A DNA stretch of 64,000 nucleotides from Nitrosopumilales archaeon (lineage in GTDB: Archaea; Thermoproteota; Nitrososphaeria; Nitrososphaerales; Nitrososphaeraceae), in the NCBI GenBank assembly GCA_044507735.1, contig JBIQJB010000007.1:18873-82872 (forward strand), read 5' to 3'. The position numbers were made by a program, and so were the translations under genes. The notes under the pieces are model-generated. The model ran no database searches. It had not been told where the DNA came from and was given only the letters and a program-made list of their open reading frames with translations. This document shows, one piece after another, positions 39,974-50,427 of this stretch. Every line of letters starts with the position of its first letter. Positions within the stretch are counted from its first letter, which is position 1.

Positions 39974-40697
39974 AGGATACGGGCCTTGGACGGTCACCCT
40001 CGGTTACGACAGGGAAGCCCAGCTGCAGATGCTCCAGGCAAGAATCTATCATGATGTGCAACGGCTATTTTCATCCAAGGACGGCATCGTGTTCTTTAAC
40101 AGGTTTGATGAATACTTTGCGATAACAAACGGCCTCGATGCTGACGACCACCGGGAAATCCAGCGCGAGCTAGCAAAGTCGTACAAGAACCTGGTGATGT
40201 CAATGGCGATCGGGTCTGGCGAGACTGCATTTGAGGCAAACCTGAACGCATATCGCGCAAGAAAAGAAGACAAGATGCTGGACAGAGAGGCGAGAATATT
40301 TGGCAGCGTAAATGAATCAGCAGGCTTGGCCCAGATCATGCACGTTGACGTTGATAGCTCGACAAAAGTGGGCAACAGGCTTTCGCCGTATGAAGTGACT
40401 GCACTTGTAATGAAAATCTACAGCAGGCTTGCCGAAGAATTCCTGAAATACAATTCCCTTGCATTTTTTCTTGGCGGTGACAACGTCATGGTGATTTCAA
40501 ACGGCATGACCAAAGAACAGGCTGACGAAGTAATAAAGAAAGTGACATCCGGCATAGAAATCAAGCTCAACTGCGGCATCGGGATCGGGAAAAACGGAAG
40601 AAGGGCCGCCGAGGCTGCTACAACAGCGCTTGACACGATCAGGGACCTGCGGAGAGAAGGAAAAATCCAGACAATATACGAGATACGATGTCCATAG
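39945..40697 (+). CDS. gch3: GTP cyclohydrolase III
   Basis: GYGPWT.TLG.DRE..LQ.LQ, RFD, FFLGGDN. Confidence 0.9.
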   Translation: MIQLTIIRIEGYGPWTVTLGYDREAQLQMLQARIYHDVQRLFSSKDGIVFFNRFDEYFAITNGLDADDHREIQRELAKSYKNLVMSMAIGSGETAFEANLNAYRARKEDKMLDREARIFGSVNESAGLAQIMHVDVDSSTKVGNRLSPYEVTALVMKIYSRLAEEFLKYNSLAFFLGGDNVMVISNGMTKEQADEVIKKVTSGIEIKLNCGIGIGKNGRRAAEAATTALDTIRDLRREGKIQTIYEIRCP

Positions 40698-41884
40698 CCA
40701 TAACCAACGTCAGCCTGCTCTTGAACAAAGAGCTCGACTATGTCGAGACTGGCTATGTTGAGATTGATGAGTGTGGCAAGATAAAAAGCGCAGGTGAAGG
40801 GAGCTACGGGGGCTCCGGCAAGCAGCTCAGCGCAAAAGGGTTTCTCGTGATTCCGGGGCTCATCAATTCGCATACTCACATTGGAGATTCTATAGGAAAG
40901 GACATTGCAGCCGGCCACAAGCTCGACGCGCGGGTCCATCCCGTGTTTGGAGCAAAAAAGAAGATTCTGCAAAATAGCCCGCCAGAGCACCTAAAGGCAT
41001 TCATAAGAAACTCTGCTATATCGATGATGAAGAAAGGCATTGTAGCTTTTGCAGATTTTCGGGAAGATGGTCCAGAAGGCGTAAAGCTATTGAAAGAGGC
41101 GATAGCCGGCCTGCCTATAAAGTGCATAGCACTTGGCAGAACAAACCATCACAGCGATCCAAACGATGTGGCGGGCCTTCCTCCGGAAGCGTTAGAGCAA
41201 GCCCGGCAGGTACTGGAAATGGCAGATGGACTTGGGATCAGCGGTGCCAACGAAAACACCGACGAATCTCTTTCGCAATATAGGAAACTTGCAGGAGACA
41301 AGATAGTTGCCATACACGCTGCCGAATCAAGAGAAACTGTTGAATTTTCAAAAGCGCGCACTGGCAGAAGCGAAGTCGAAAGGATAATCGAGCGGCTAAA
41401 ACCGGACTTTATTGTGCATATGACAAATGCGTCAGAAGACGAAATCTCGCTTGTCGCGAAAAGCAGGGCAGGAATAGTAATCTGCCCCAGGGCAAACGGT
41501 GTGCTTGGCGCGGGCATTCCAAAGGTTGCCCAGATGCTCAGGCAAGGCTGCCTGGTGGCCATAGGAACGGACAATGTTATGTTGAATTCGCCAGATTTAT
41601 TGAGAGACTTGGATTACATCTGGAAAGCGTCAAGGGCAGTCGAGGGTGAGATGGTACCGCCCCGTGAATTTCTGAAAATGGCGACTATCAACGGAGCGCA
41701 AATTCTCCGACTAAATTCTGGATGCATTGAAGCTGGCCGCTCAGCAGATCTGTTATTCATTGATAAGATGCATGCCGATCTCTATCCTGTGCACGATCCT
41801 TATGCAGCAATAGTTCACAGGCTGAGCCAGAGTTCCATCAGATCGGTCATGATAAACGGCAAGTTTGTAGAGGATGTAAATTGA
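40688..41884 (+). CDS. Metal-dependent amidohydrolase (SsnA/deaminase-like) inside the riboflavin operon
   Basis: PGLINSHTHIGDS, HAAE, VHMT, CPRAN, GTDN, MATINGA. Confidence 0.88.
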   Translation: MSIAITNVSLLLNKELDYVETGYVEIDECGKIKSAGEGSYGGSGKQLSAKGFLVIPGLINSHTHIGDSIGKDIAAGHKLDARVHPVFGAKKKILQNSPPEHLKAFIRNSAISMMKKGIVAFADFREDGPEGVKLLKEAIAGLPIKCIALGRTNHHSDPNDVAGLPPEALEQARQVLEMADGLGISGANENTDESLSQYRKLAGDKIVAIHAAESRETVEFSKARTGRSEVERIIERLKPDFIVHMTNASEDEISLVAKSRAGIVICPRANGVLGAGIPKVAQMLRQGCLVAIGTDNVMLNSPDLLRDLDYIWKASRAVEGEMVPPREFLKMATINGAQILRLNSGCIEAGRSADLLFIDKMHADLYPVHDPYAAIVHRLSQSSIRSVMINGKFVEDVN

Positions 41885-42585
41885 AAGTAATGATCAATGG
41901 CGCAATGACAGTTGACGGCAAGATCGCAACTGCAAGCGGAGATTCAAAAATTTCCTCAAAGGAAGACCTTATCAGGGTACACAAACTCCGGGCCTCGGTT
42001 GACGCAGTAATAGTGGGCATCTCAACCATCTTGGCAGACGATCCTAGGCTTACTGTCAGGCACGTGAATGGAAAAAACCCTGCCCGAGTAATAGTTGACA
42101 GCAAGGCCAGAATCCCAATCGACTCGCAGATAATGCGCACTGCGCCGAAGATCAGGACAATTATAGCAGTAACTGACCAGGCTCCAGAAGAAAAGGTACA
42201 CAAGCTAGAGGATATGGGCGCGGAGGTGCTGGTTATCCGAGAAGGGAAAAGAGGCGAGAGTGCTGCAGTACCTCATGGCGTGGATCTAAAAGAGCTCTTT
42301 CGCAGGCTGGACGAGATGGGAATGAAAAAGATCCTGGTCGAGGGTGGAGGGGAGCTCAACTGGTCCCTGTTGCATCTGGGGCTGGTAGACGAGCTCACGG
42401 TGACGGTAGCACCCAAGATCGCTGGCGGCAGGCTGGCAACCACGCTTGTAGAAGGCGATGGGGTGGATGAAATGTCGCAGGGAATCAAGTTGAAGTTAAA
42501 GCACGTTGAGCAAGACAAGAAAACGGGTGAGCTTGTATTGCACTACAGGCTGGTAGACGGGTTATCGAACAAGGAGCGACAATAA
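41881..42585 (+). CDS. arfC: 2,5-diamino-6-ribosylamino-4(3H)-pyrimidinone 5'-phosphate reductase (Rib7/ArfC)
   Basis: AMTVDGKIA, VHKLRASVDAVIVG..T..DDPRLT, LVEGGG, VDEL...APKIAGG; no deaminase domain. Confidence 0.9.
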   Translation: MKVMINGAMTVDGKIATASGDSKISSKEDLIRVHKLRASVDAVIVGISTILADDPRLTVRHVNGKNPARVIVDSKARIPIDSQIMRTAPKIRTIIAVTDQAPEEKVHKLEDMGAEVLVIREGKRGESAAVPHGVDLKELFRRLDEMGMKKILVEGGGELNWSLLHLGLVDELTVTVAPKIAGGRLATTLVEGDGVDEMSQGIKLKLKHVEQDKKTGELVLHYRLVDGLSNKERQ

Positions 42586-42875
42586 CTGAGGCATGCCATG
42601 ATATGCATATTCCCGCGCTCCCGCGGAAAGCCATGTAACGCGTTGCAGAGCGTAAATAATGCGAGACCAAGATACAGGGTCATTTCATCATCTAACGTGG
42701 AAGTTCAATGCAATTAGCGCGGCAATGGATCTGCAGTCTTGCTGAAATTTGATATTGCCAATTTTGTTGGAGCGAATCTCTCCTTCAGCGAAATCTCGCG
42801 ATAGCCGGCGAACTCTCCCACCGATCTAACTTATTAACTCCCATACCTTATCATTTCAGCTGGACAGAGCAACTC

Positions 42876-43034
42876 TTGGTCAATTGGAGCTACATCGTTG
42901 TTTGCAAACATTGTGGATATATTTCGGCAGAAAAGTTGCCTGAAAAGGAAGCTAAGGATCTGATGCATGCACATGAGAAGAGTAATACCGGGTGCACAAT
43001 AGGCCATATACAGTTGATGAAAGTGAGGGCCTAG
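42876..43034 (+). CDS. 52-aa Cys/His metal-binding microprotein (below the ORF-track cutoff)
   Basis: MVNWSYIVVCKHCGYISAEKLPEKEAKDLMHAHEKSNTGCTIGHIQLMKVRA; its stop overlaps the stop of the convergent ORF (CTAG). Confidence 0.65.
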   Translation: MVNWSYIVVCKHCGYISAEKLPEKEAKDLMHAHEKSNTGCTIGHIQLMKVRA

Positions 43035-43243
43035 GCAACTCCTGCCTTCTTGTACAGCATCTTTACGCATTCAGAATATGTGCGGTACTTGAATTTGATC
43101 TCGTCTATCGGGACATCTTGCTTCAAGAGATCTTTGTTAGTATCAATCTTGTATTTCTTGCCAATGTCCTGCAAGATAGTATTTACAGTGGAGTTGCGAT
43201 ACGATTCATCTATTAATTCCGCCACAATATACAATTGTGTCAT
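43031..43243 (-). CDS. Small hypothetical protein
   Basis: 70 aa, protein-like composition, divergent from the ATPase. Confidence 0.55.
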   Translation of the reverse strand: MTQLYIVAELIDESYRNSTVNTILQDIGKKYKIDTNKDLLKQDVPIDEIKFKYRTYSECVKMLYKKAGVA

Positions 43244-43330
43244 GCTTGCATATCAAACTATGCTCCATTACATGCGCAGGCAGCATGGCAACCTTATGTC
43301 CTTTGTCGGAATTCCATAGCACTTTTTAAG

Positions 43331-46006
43331 ATGTCAATTATATTGGAATCATCCTTGGACGGCCCTGGAAAATTCAACATAGGAAAAACCATGGACGGCA
43401 TGAAATTTGAGCTTGACCGGGCATCGCTTACAAAGCATGCAATAGTTCTGGGCGCAACTGGCTCCGGCAAGACTGTGCTTTCAAAAGTTATTGTAGAAGA
43501 AGCTGCCCTGCAGGGCATCCCGACATTTGCCATCGATCCAAAAGGAGACATTGGCAACCTTGCATTCAAGTCTGCCACGTTTGACTTCTCAAAATGGTGC
43601 GGAAAAGAGGCTGATGCTCTGAAAATCGACAGGGCGCAATATGCCGCCCACCTTCAAGAGACTTACCAAGAAAAGGCACGCGAATTCAGCATGGAATCAA
43701 CTTCCGTTGCCAAGAACTTTGAAAAGGTTACAGTCAGGATATTTACTCCAAAGTCATCAGCCGGACTTGCGGTTGGGATATCGCCTGATCTCTCTGCCCC
43801 AAAAGACTTTGACAAGCTGCTCAGCAATGACATTTCGTCTGCAGCCGATCTCCTCGACCTCACTTCGTTTAACTTGCTAAGGCTGGCCGGGTATGGCGAA
43901 GGCGACAGAAAGCAGGTAACCTTTGTTTCTGCAATCCTGGAGAACGCATGGAAAAATGGCGAAAACCTCAAGATAAGGGACCTTATCAAAAATATCGAGA
44001 ACCCCTCGTTCAGCTACATCGGATCGCTGCCGGTCTCAAAAGTGGTGTCCGAAAAGGAAAGAAAGGACCTTGCAACGAGGATTAACCTGCTAATATCGGA
44101 TCCAAAGCTCCGTTCCTGGTCGTCCGCAGAATCTATCAATTTTTCAGAACTGTTCAGCAGTCCCTCAATCAACATACTTGACCTCCGAAACATCCAGTCA
44201 GAGCAGGAAAAACACCTGTTTGTCGAGCTGATACTTCAGCGGCTGTTTCAGTGGCTCATCAAGCAGGGCAGTGCTCAGACTCTGCGTTACCTGCTGTATT
44301 TCGATGAAATCGCCGGCTACTGCCCGCCTGTAAGGGAACCTGCGTCCAAGAAGCTGCTTCTGCTCCTGATTAAACAGGCAAGGGCCTTTGGTCTTGGGAT
44401 GATACTTGCAAGCCAGAATGCAGTAGATCTCGACTACAAAGTGATCTCCAACGCTAATGTCCGCTTCATAGGAAGGCTGGGCGCGCAGCGCGATATCCAA
44501 CGCGTAAGCGTTGGGCTGGAGCTTGATTCTGACGCAGAAAGAGAAATTGCAAGACTGCGTCCAGGTGAATTCTTTTGCAACACGTTTGACCCCAAATTCA
44601 GATCGGTCATTAGATCCAGGTGGACCTTGACGTATCACAGGGGGCCACTTGAAGACAACGAGATTGCCGAACTCATGGCAGAATTCAAGAAGAAGAGCGA
44701 GGCGATCGTCAGCCAAGAGCAAGAAGAGGGGGAGGACGGGCCTGAAATCAAAGAAGAGGCAATTGAAGAAGATCTAGAAGAGCCAACCAAATTCCTGCCT
44801 GTCGTGGCACCCGAGAGCGAGATAGTGGCAGCGAGCGATGACGAGACGTTCTTCTTGTTAGAAAGGAAATTTGAGCCAAAGAACCTTCCTGCCTTTATCA
44901 AGCTTGGAAGTAATCTCAAGTCAGTCAAAGTACTGTCTGTAGAACCTGAAGAAAGGTTCTCTCCTGTCTTTGAACTGAGTGTTTCAGTTTTTGAAAAGGG
45001 CTACGTCAAGCAGACGCTCGACAAGATTGTCGAGCTTGCAGCATTTAACGACGGACTTGTTGAGCTGCCAGAGGAGCATTCCATAACATCGCACCGAATT
45101 GTTCCTGCAGAAGACCGCGGCAAAGCTGGGATGTGGAAAGGCGATATCCAAAGTGCAATCAACGGGATGGAAAAAGAGCTGATGCACAAGTTTGACATCC
45201 TGATCGAAGAAAAGAGAAAGGAGAACATCACAAGCAGGTCCGAAAAGCCACTGGCCAAGATAGCCGATATCAAAGCTAGCGTTGCTAGGCTGCAGCAGTC
45301 TATCAACACAGACATCGACTCTGTTAAAGAATACGAAAAGCTGTACAAGCAGCTAAAGAAGGAAAGCAAGAAGAAAAAGACGCTAAAGGCACGCCTGATA
45401 TCTGTAGAAAACAGGATTGAAACAAAGAAACAAAAGATCATCTCCACAAGGAGAAAGATCGAGCAGCTGCATACCAACCAGAAAGCATTGGAGGAAAAGC
45501 TAGAAGAGATCGAGCAGGATGAGGAAGAAAAATTCCACCACGCGCTTGGTAACATCAAGGCCAAGACAGACTACCATATCGCCGGCTGGCTCGTTGAGAC
45601 AATATATCGAGCGAGGATCCTCGTCAATGACTCAAAGGAGCATTATGGCGATGTCATGTGGAGCGCATACACTGGAAAGGGGACTTGGGGGAGGTGCTCA
45701 TCATGCTCTGTTCCTCTTGCAGAAGGCTCGACTTGCAGCTGCGGCAACTTGCTTTGCAGTACTCACCTTGCCTATTGCAAGATGTGCCTAGCACCTGCAT
45801 GCACGGAACACCGCGCGATGTGCCACATTTGCAGCACAATATTCTGCGCCTCACATCATATCAGATGTGAAATTTGCCGGTTCACTGCGTGCACAGGTCA
45901 CAGCGGCGTTTGCAGCATCTGTAACAGAAAGGTGTGCAACAATTGCTCCCAGAAAAAAGGGCTCATAAAGAGCAAGATAATCTGCGATGGCTGTGCTATG
46001 TCCTAG
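43331..46006 (+). CDS. HerA/VirB4/FtsK-clade ATPase (DUF87/DUF853-like) with coiled coil and Cys-rich C-terminus
   Basis: GATGSGKT, IDPKGD, LLYFDE, KQARAFGLG.ILASQN, Lys/Glu-rich coiled coil, many CxxC/CxxH motifs; ATG at 43331. Confidence 0.87.
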   Translation: MSIILESSLDGPGKFNIGKTMDGMKFELDRASLTKHAIVLGATGSGKTVLSKVIVEEAALQGIPTFAIDPKGDIGNLAFKSATFDFSKWCGKEADALKIDRAQYAAHLQETYQEKAREFSMESTSVAKNFEKVTVRIFTPKSSAGLAVGISPDLSAPKDFDKLLSNDISSAADLLDLTSFNLLRLAGYGEGDRKQVTFVSAILENAWKNGENLKIRDLIKNIENPSFSYIGSLPVSKVVSEKERKDLATRINLLISDPKLRSWSSAESINFSELFSSPSINILDLRNIQSEQEKHLFVELILQRLFQWLIKQGSAQTLRYLLYFDEIAGYCPPVREPASKKLLLLLIKQARAFGLGMILASQNAVDLDYKVISNANVRFIGRLGAQRDIQRVSVGLELDSDAEREIARLRPGEFFCNTFDPKFRSVIRSRWTLTYHRGPLEDNEIAELMAEFKKKSEAIVSQEQEEGEDGPEIKEEAIEEDLEEPTKFLPVVAPESEIVAASDDETFFLLERKFEPKNLPAFIKLGSNLKSVKVLSVEPEERFSPVFELSVSVFEKGYVKQTLDKIVELAAFNDGLVELPEEHSITSHRIVPAEDRGKAGMWKGDIQSAINGMEKELMHKFDILIEEKRKENITSRSEKPLAKIADIKASVARLQQSINTDIDSVKEYEKLYKQLKKESKKKKTLKARLISVENRIETKKQKIISTRRKIEQLHTNQKALEEKLEEIEQDEEEKFHHALGNIKAKTDYHIAGWLVETIYRARILVNDSKEHYGDVMWSAYTGKGTWGRCSSCSVPLAEGSTCSCGNLLCSTHLAYCKMCLAPACTEHRAMCHICSTIFCASHHIRCEICRFTACTGHSGVCSICNRKVCNNCSQKKGLIKSKIICDGCAMS

Positions 46007-46245
46007 GCCCTTGCAGAACAATTGCTCCCAGCCGACTTGGGACTTACTTTGGACAGCAATCACAGGCTATGTAAATTGCTTGCGCAGGTAACGCTCGGGT
46101 CAGCAGTAACAGTAGAGTCATATGGACATATGATGCCTGCAAGAAAACAATCTGGGATTCGTATGACGCCTAGACCGCCTCCACGCCGCCTGCTGACATG
46201 CTTGACGGCAAACTGGCAGAGTCAGGGTTGAGAATAAAAAACGCC

Positions 46246-46446
46246 CTAGTATGGAATACACTCGCTAAACATCCTTTGCTCGCCTGTAAGCACTATGGTG
46301 CACGTCGCCTGCGAAATAACTTGCTGGTTGCTGTTAGTGGCGCTGTTTGTTAATGCCGCAGCTACAAAGCTGGTGATGAAAAAGACGAGGGCAATGACTA
46401 CCAGTAGGAAAAGCAATATCCGCGACTTGCTGCTGGTAGCGCTCAT
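46246..46446 (-). CDS. Small single-TM or secreted protein
   Basis: Hydrophobic N-terminal helix; two Cys in the tail. Confidence 0.5.
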   Translation of the reverse strand: MSATSSKSRILLFLLVVIALVFFITSFVAAALTNSATNSNQQVISQATCTIVLTGEQRMFSECIPY

Positions 46447-46531
46447 GTTAGGATGATGATTGGGAAAAGGAATTGTTATTCTTTTCTATCGCTGATGATT
46501 TTTAAGCTTCTGCCACCATAGGGATGGTATA

Positions 46532-48103
46532 ATGTTTGAAAACGAGCACACTCTGCGCAGATTCATGACCGAGAAGGCCGAAGGCCAGTTTCATGACAGG
46601 TACGAGTCGGCATTGGAGCAGGTCAGGAAGGAGTTTGGCAGAAAATACCCGATGATAATTGGAGGCAAAGAGGTAAGGACTTCTTCCACAGTGGCACAGA
46701 CATCGCCGATAGACACTCGTATAGTCCTTGGGTACCTTCCGGTTGGAAGCGCAAGCCATGCAAAGCAGGCCATAGCTGAGGCAAAAAAGGCGTTTAGTGA
46801 CTGGAGCAGAAGGCCATACAAAGAGCGTGTGCAGATATGCAGGTCAGCAGCGGACATCATGTCCCAGTGCAAGTTTGAGCTAGCAGCATGGATATCATTT
46901 GAAAATGGCAAGAACAGGTATGAGGCCATAGCCGACGTGGACGAGGCCATTGACTTTTTGCGCTATTACTCTGAAGAGGTAGAAAAGAATGAAGGCTTTG
47001 AGGTGGCAATGAAGAGCGCCCAGCCAAACGAAAGGAGCAAGAGTGTGATGAAGCCCCGAGGGGTATGGGGGGTTATTGCGCCTTTCAACTTCCCTGCGGC
47101 TATTCTGGTCGGTATGAGTTCCGGCGCGATAATCACCGGCAACACCACGGTGGTCAAACCCTCAAGCAACACCCCTATAATCGCGTTCAAGTTTGCAGAG
47201 ATATTCAGGGAGGCAGGCCTTCCCGATGGTGTCTTTAACCTTGTAATCGGGCCCGGCAGCAAGGTTGGCGGAGAGCTAGTCCGCAACAAGGATATCACCG
47301 GCATCGTGTTTACTGGCTCCCGAGACGTTGGCTACAGGATGTCTAGGGAATTCAGCAAGGAAAGACCAAGACCTCTGATAGCCGAGCTTGGGGGTAAGAA
47401 TCCCGCCATAGTGACTGAGACTGCGGACATTGGCAAAGCAGTCGATGGCGTCATGAAAGCAGCGTTTGGCTACTCGGGCCAAAAGTGCAGCGCATGCTCG
47501 CGAGTCTACGTGCACAAGAAAGTGAGAGACGAATTCATGAAGAGACTTGTTGAAAAGACAAAGAGCCTGCCAGTCGGAAACCCGCTTGACCCCAACACGT
47601 TTGTCGGTCCGCTGGCAAACCAGGACGCCTACAAGAAATACCAGCAGTATGTCCGGATAGCGGACAGAGATGGCAAGATTCTGGTGGGCGGTTCAGCGAT
47701 AAAGGACGGCGATCTAAAGCACGGCTATTATGTACAACCGACGATTGTTACCGGCCTGCCAAAAAAGCACCGGCTCTTTAAAGAAGAGATGTTTGTCCCG
47801 ATCCTCTGCGTGGCAGATTATGAAAAGTTTGACGACGCGATCAAGCTCGCAAACGATTCTGATTACGGATTGACCGCCGGGATATTCAGTGGCAAACAGG
47901 AAGAAATCAAAGAGTTTCTTGATTGTATTGAGGCCGGCGTAGTGTATGTGAACAGGCAGGCAAGCGCCACTACTGGCGCCATGGTGGGCTGCCAGCCATT
48001 TGGCGGCTGGAAAGACTCTGGCACTACCGGCAGGGGAACGGGCGGACCTCATTACCTCACGCAGTTTATGCGGGAGCAGAGCCAGACCATTATTGTTGAA
48101 TGA
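46532..48103 (+). CDS. rocA: 1-pyrroline-5-carboxylate dehydrogenase (ALDH family)
   Basis: EAIDFLRYY, IAPFNFP, FTGS, ELGGKN, GQKCSACSR, QPFGGWKDSG; adjacent to proline dehydrogenase. Confidence 0.9.
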   Translation: MFENEHTLRRFMTEKAEGQFHDRYESALEQVRKEFGRKYPMIIGGKEVRTSSTVAQTSPIDTRIVLGYLPVGSASHAKQAIAEAKKAFSDWSRRPYKERVQICRSAADIMSQCKFELAAWISFENGKNRYEAIADVDEAIDFLRYYSEEVEKNEGFEVAMKSAQPNERSKSVMKPRGVWGVIAPFNFPAAILVGMSSGAIITGNTTVVKPSSNTPIIAFKFAEIFREAGLPDGVFNLVIGPGSKVGGELVRNKDITGIVFTGSRDVGYRMSREFSKERPRPLIAELGGKNPAIVTETADIGKAVDGVMKAAFGYSGQKCSACSRVYVHKKVRDEFMKRLVEKTKSLPVGNPLDPNTFVGPLANQDAYKKYQQYVRIADRDGKILVGGSAIKDGDLKHGYYVQPTIVTGLPKKHRLFKEEMFVPILCVADYEKFDDAIKLANDSDYGLTAGIFSGKQEEIKEFLDCIEAGVVYVNRQASATTGAMVGCQPFGGWKDSGTTGRGTGGPHYLTQFMREQSQTIIVE

Positions 48104-48980
48104 GGGACCTGGCCAGCAGTAGCAGGTTGCGCTTGCGCTCCCTTATCCTGCGGACAGAGTAAGGGAGCCACTGGCTGCCATAGGGGATGTATTCTGAAAC
48201 TATGAACCCCTTCTTGACAAGGTCTGCTTTGAGCTCATCGCGTATTCCCATCAGCAATTGGAATTCAAACTTTGAATTGTTGTTAGTGCTCAGCCTGATC
48301 GCCTCCTCCACCATGTTTGTGTCATGCGTCGCAATCGCAAAATAGTTCTTGCTCTCAAATAACATCTTCATCAGCTTAAGGTAGTTGGCGTTGACCTCTT
48401 CCTTTGATGTGAATGCTTCTTCCTCCGGTTCGTGGTATGCGCCCTTTACGAGCCTCACCATGCCACCGCATTCGATTATGTGCAGGAGATCACTTGCGCT
48501 CCTGCGCAGGTATGACTGTATGGCGACGCCGGTCAGGTCGTATTGCTCATGAATTTGCAGATAGATGGCTATTGTGTCTTCGGTGAACTTGGTCGACTCC
48601 ATGTCTATCCACAAGAACTGCCCAAGCTCCTTGGCTCTTGACGCAAGTCTCTTGAAATTCTGAAGACACAGATCGTAACTGATTACAAGTCCAAGTTGCG
48701 TAGGCTTGGCGGAAATGCAGCCGCGCACACCTCGTTTGTGAATTAGCTCCATAAGCAAAATATACTCTGCCAGTGTCTTTTCGACCGCATTTGTATCAAC
48801 CACCTCTTCGCCAAGAAAGTTTAGAATGGCAGATGTGCCTCTGCTGTTAGAATCAAGAGCAGCCGTTATCGCCTTTTCTGTGTCATAGCCGGCGACCCAC
48901 CTTTTTGCCACCCTGAAGAGCAGCCGCTCTACAAGGCCGGAATCGTAGCTGTGGGAGTATGCTGCGGCAGTTGCTACCAC
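48090..48980 (-). CDS. Monofunctional proline dehydrogenase
   Basis: KPTQLG, IDME, QSYL, VRLVKGAY, IATHD, EFQLLMGIR, YIPYG..W.PY..RR..ER. Confidence 0.92.
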   Translation of the reverse strand: MVATAAAYSHSYDSGLVERLLFRVAKRWVAGYDTEKAITAALDSNSRGTSAILNFLGEEVVDTNAVEKTLAEYILLMELIHKRGVRGCISAKPTQLGLVISYDLCLQNFKRLASRAKELGQFLWIDMESTKFTEDTIAIYLQIHEQYDLTGVAIQSYLRRSASDLLHIIECGGMVRLVKGAYHEPEEEAFTSKEEVNANYLKLMKMLFESKNYFAIATHDTNMVEEAIRLSTNNNSKFEFQLLMGIRDELKADLVKKGFIVSEYIPYGSQWLPYSVRRIRERKRNLLLLARSLIQQ

Positions 48981-49141
48981 AATAATTTTTTCGTGTTTCT
49001 ATGATATAACCTTAGGTGGCCAAAAAGGCGAAATCTGAATTGCAAATCAAGAGCTAGAGCGTTCCCGGCGCGGTCTCTGCGCGCTTACATACACACTTAC
49101 GCATAATCTTTTATTGAGTTCTTGTTGAAGGGTGCCTATTC

Positions 49142-49930
49142 ATGATGGTAGTAGATGTCTTGAAGCAGGCCTGCAGGCAAGTGCACAGTAAGACCCGAGG
49201 TCTTGCCGGTACCGCCAGAGCAAGCAGACAGATGGGGAGGGGAGCTGGAGGGGACATGTCGCGCAGGATAGATCTTGTTGCAGAAAGGACAGTCATTGAC
49301 CTCTTAAAAAAGCGCAAGCTTGACGCCACAGTGATAGGCGAAGAATGCGGCAGGATCGAAGGCAGGAAAGGCTATGTGATCATGGATGCCATAGATGGCA
49401 CCACCAACGCGGTGCGCGGCATCCCATTCTACTGCTGCTCTATCGCATATGCTACTGACTTCAAATTGAGCACGGTAACAGACGCAGCAATAATCGATCT
49501 TGCAAGGGGCGACCTCTACTATGCCTCAAAGGGCAAGGGTGCATTTGTAAACAACGGCAAGAGGATCCATGCAAAGAAAGAGAGTCCTCCTGACCCGACT
49601 ATTGGCATTAACGTGTCTGGCGTAAAACCCTCTGTGGTCGAGCGGCTTGCGCCCATAATCGCAGAGGCAGACCATACCCGGCAGTTTGGCGCAAACGCGC
49701 TTGAGATGTGCTTCCTCGCAAGAGGGCTATTGGACGCATACATTGATCTCCGGGGAAAGATCCGGCCAACCGACATTGCAGCAGGATACCTGATAGCAAA
49801 GGAGGCGGGGGCAAAGGTGTATTCTCATACCGGCTCGGATCTGGATTCGGACCTTGATGTAAAGACCCGTCTGTCATATGTAGTTGCGGCAAACTACGGT
49901 ATGCGGAAGCGGCTGGCAGGCCTGTTCTGA
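49142..49930 (+). CDS. suhB: Inositol monophosphatase / fructose-1,6-bisphosphatase
   Basis: EECG, DAIDGTTN, GKGAF.N, R.FGA.ALE, DIAAG.LIAKEAG. Confidence 0.9.
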   Translation: MMVVDVLKQACRQVHSKTRGLAGTARASRQMGRGAGGDMSRRIDLVAERTVIDLLKKRKLDATVIGEECGRIEGRKGYVIMDAIDGTTNAVRGIPFYCCSIAYATDFKLSTVTDAAIIDLARGDLYYASKGKGAFVNNGKRIHAKKESPPDPTIGINVSGVKPSVVERLAPIIAEADHTRQFGANALEMCFLARGLLDAYIDLRGKIRPTDIAAGYLIAKEAGAKVYSHTGSDLDSDLDVKTRLSYVVAANYGMRKRLAGLF

Positions 49931-50229
49931 AATGCACGGGTTTTTTCAGGAACGAAGGTCTGGCGCATAAAGCCAATGGCATAGCACCTCGTAATCGTCT
50001 AACCTTGCATTGTCAAGGCTGTACCGTTGAGATTTTGCCAGAGTCGAGCTCTTTTCCCGGGCTTGGATTTAACGATATAGAGTGCCATCATGCATGATGG
50101 GAGAACGAGGATAAAGGCAATCTCAATCGCTAATTAACGCACATCCTGATTGATAAACAACCAACCAGACTATCAACATTGGTGCACAAGAAGGTTCAAA
50201 GACACATTCGCCGTCTTTTCAGGCATATA

Positions 50230-50427
50230 ATGACAAAGACTTCGTGTAGGGCATGCGGGGGATATCTGACTCCCACTTCCCACTGCACAGTGTGCAAGGA
50301 GTACATCACGTGGATGTGCAACAACTGCGAGAAAATGGAAGACGTAACTCACAGCCATAACTTCTGCAGGCTGCCATCAGTGATGGAAAAAGAGTGGGAA
50401 GAAAAAATCGTCAAAGAAATCTTTTAG
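50230..50427 (+). CDS. Small triple-CxxC zinc-binding protein
   Basis: CRACG..CTVC..CNNC..HSH; ATG at 50230. Confidence 0.7.
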   Translation: MTKTSCRACGGYLTPTSHCTVCKEYITWMCNNCEKMEDVTHSHNFCRLPSVMEKEWEEKIVKEIF

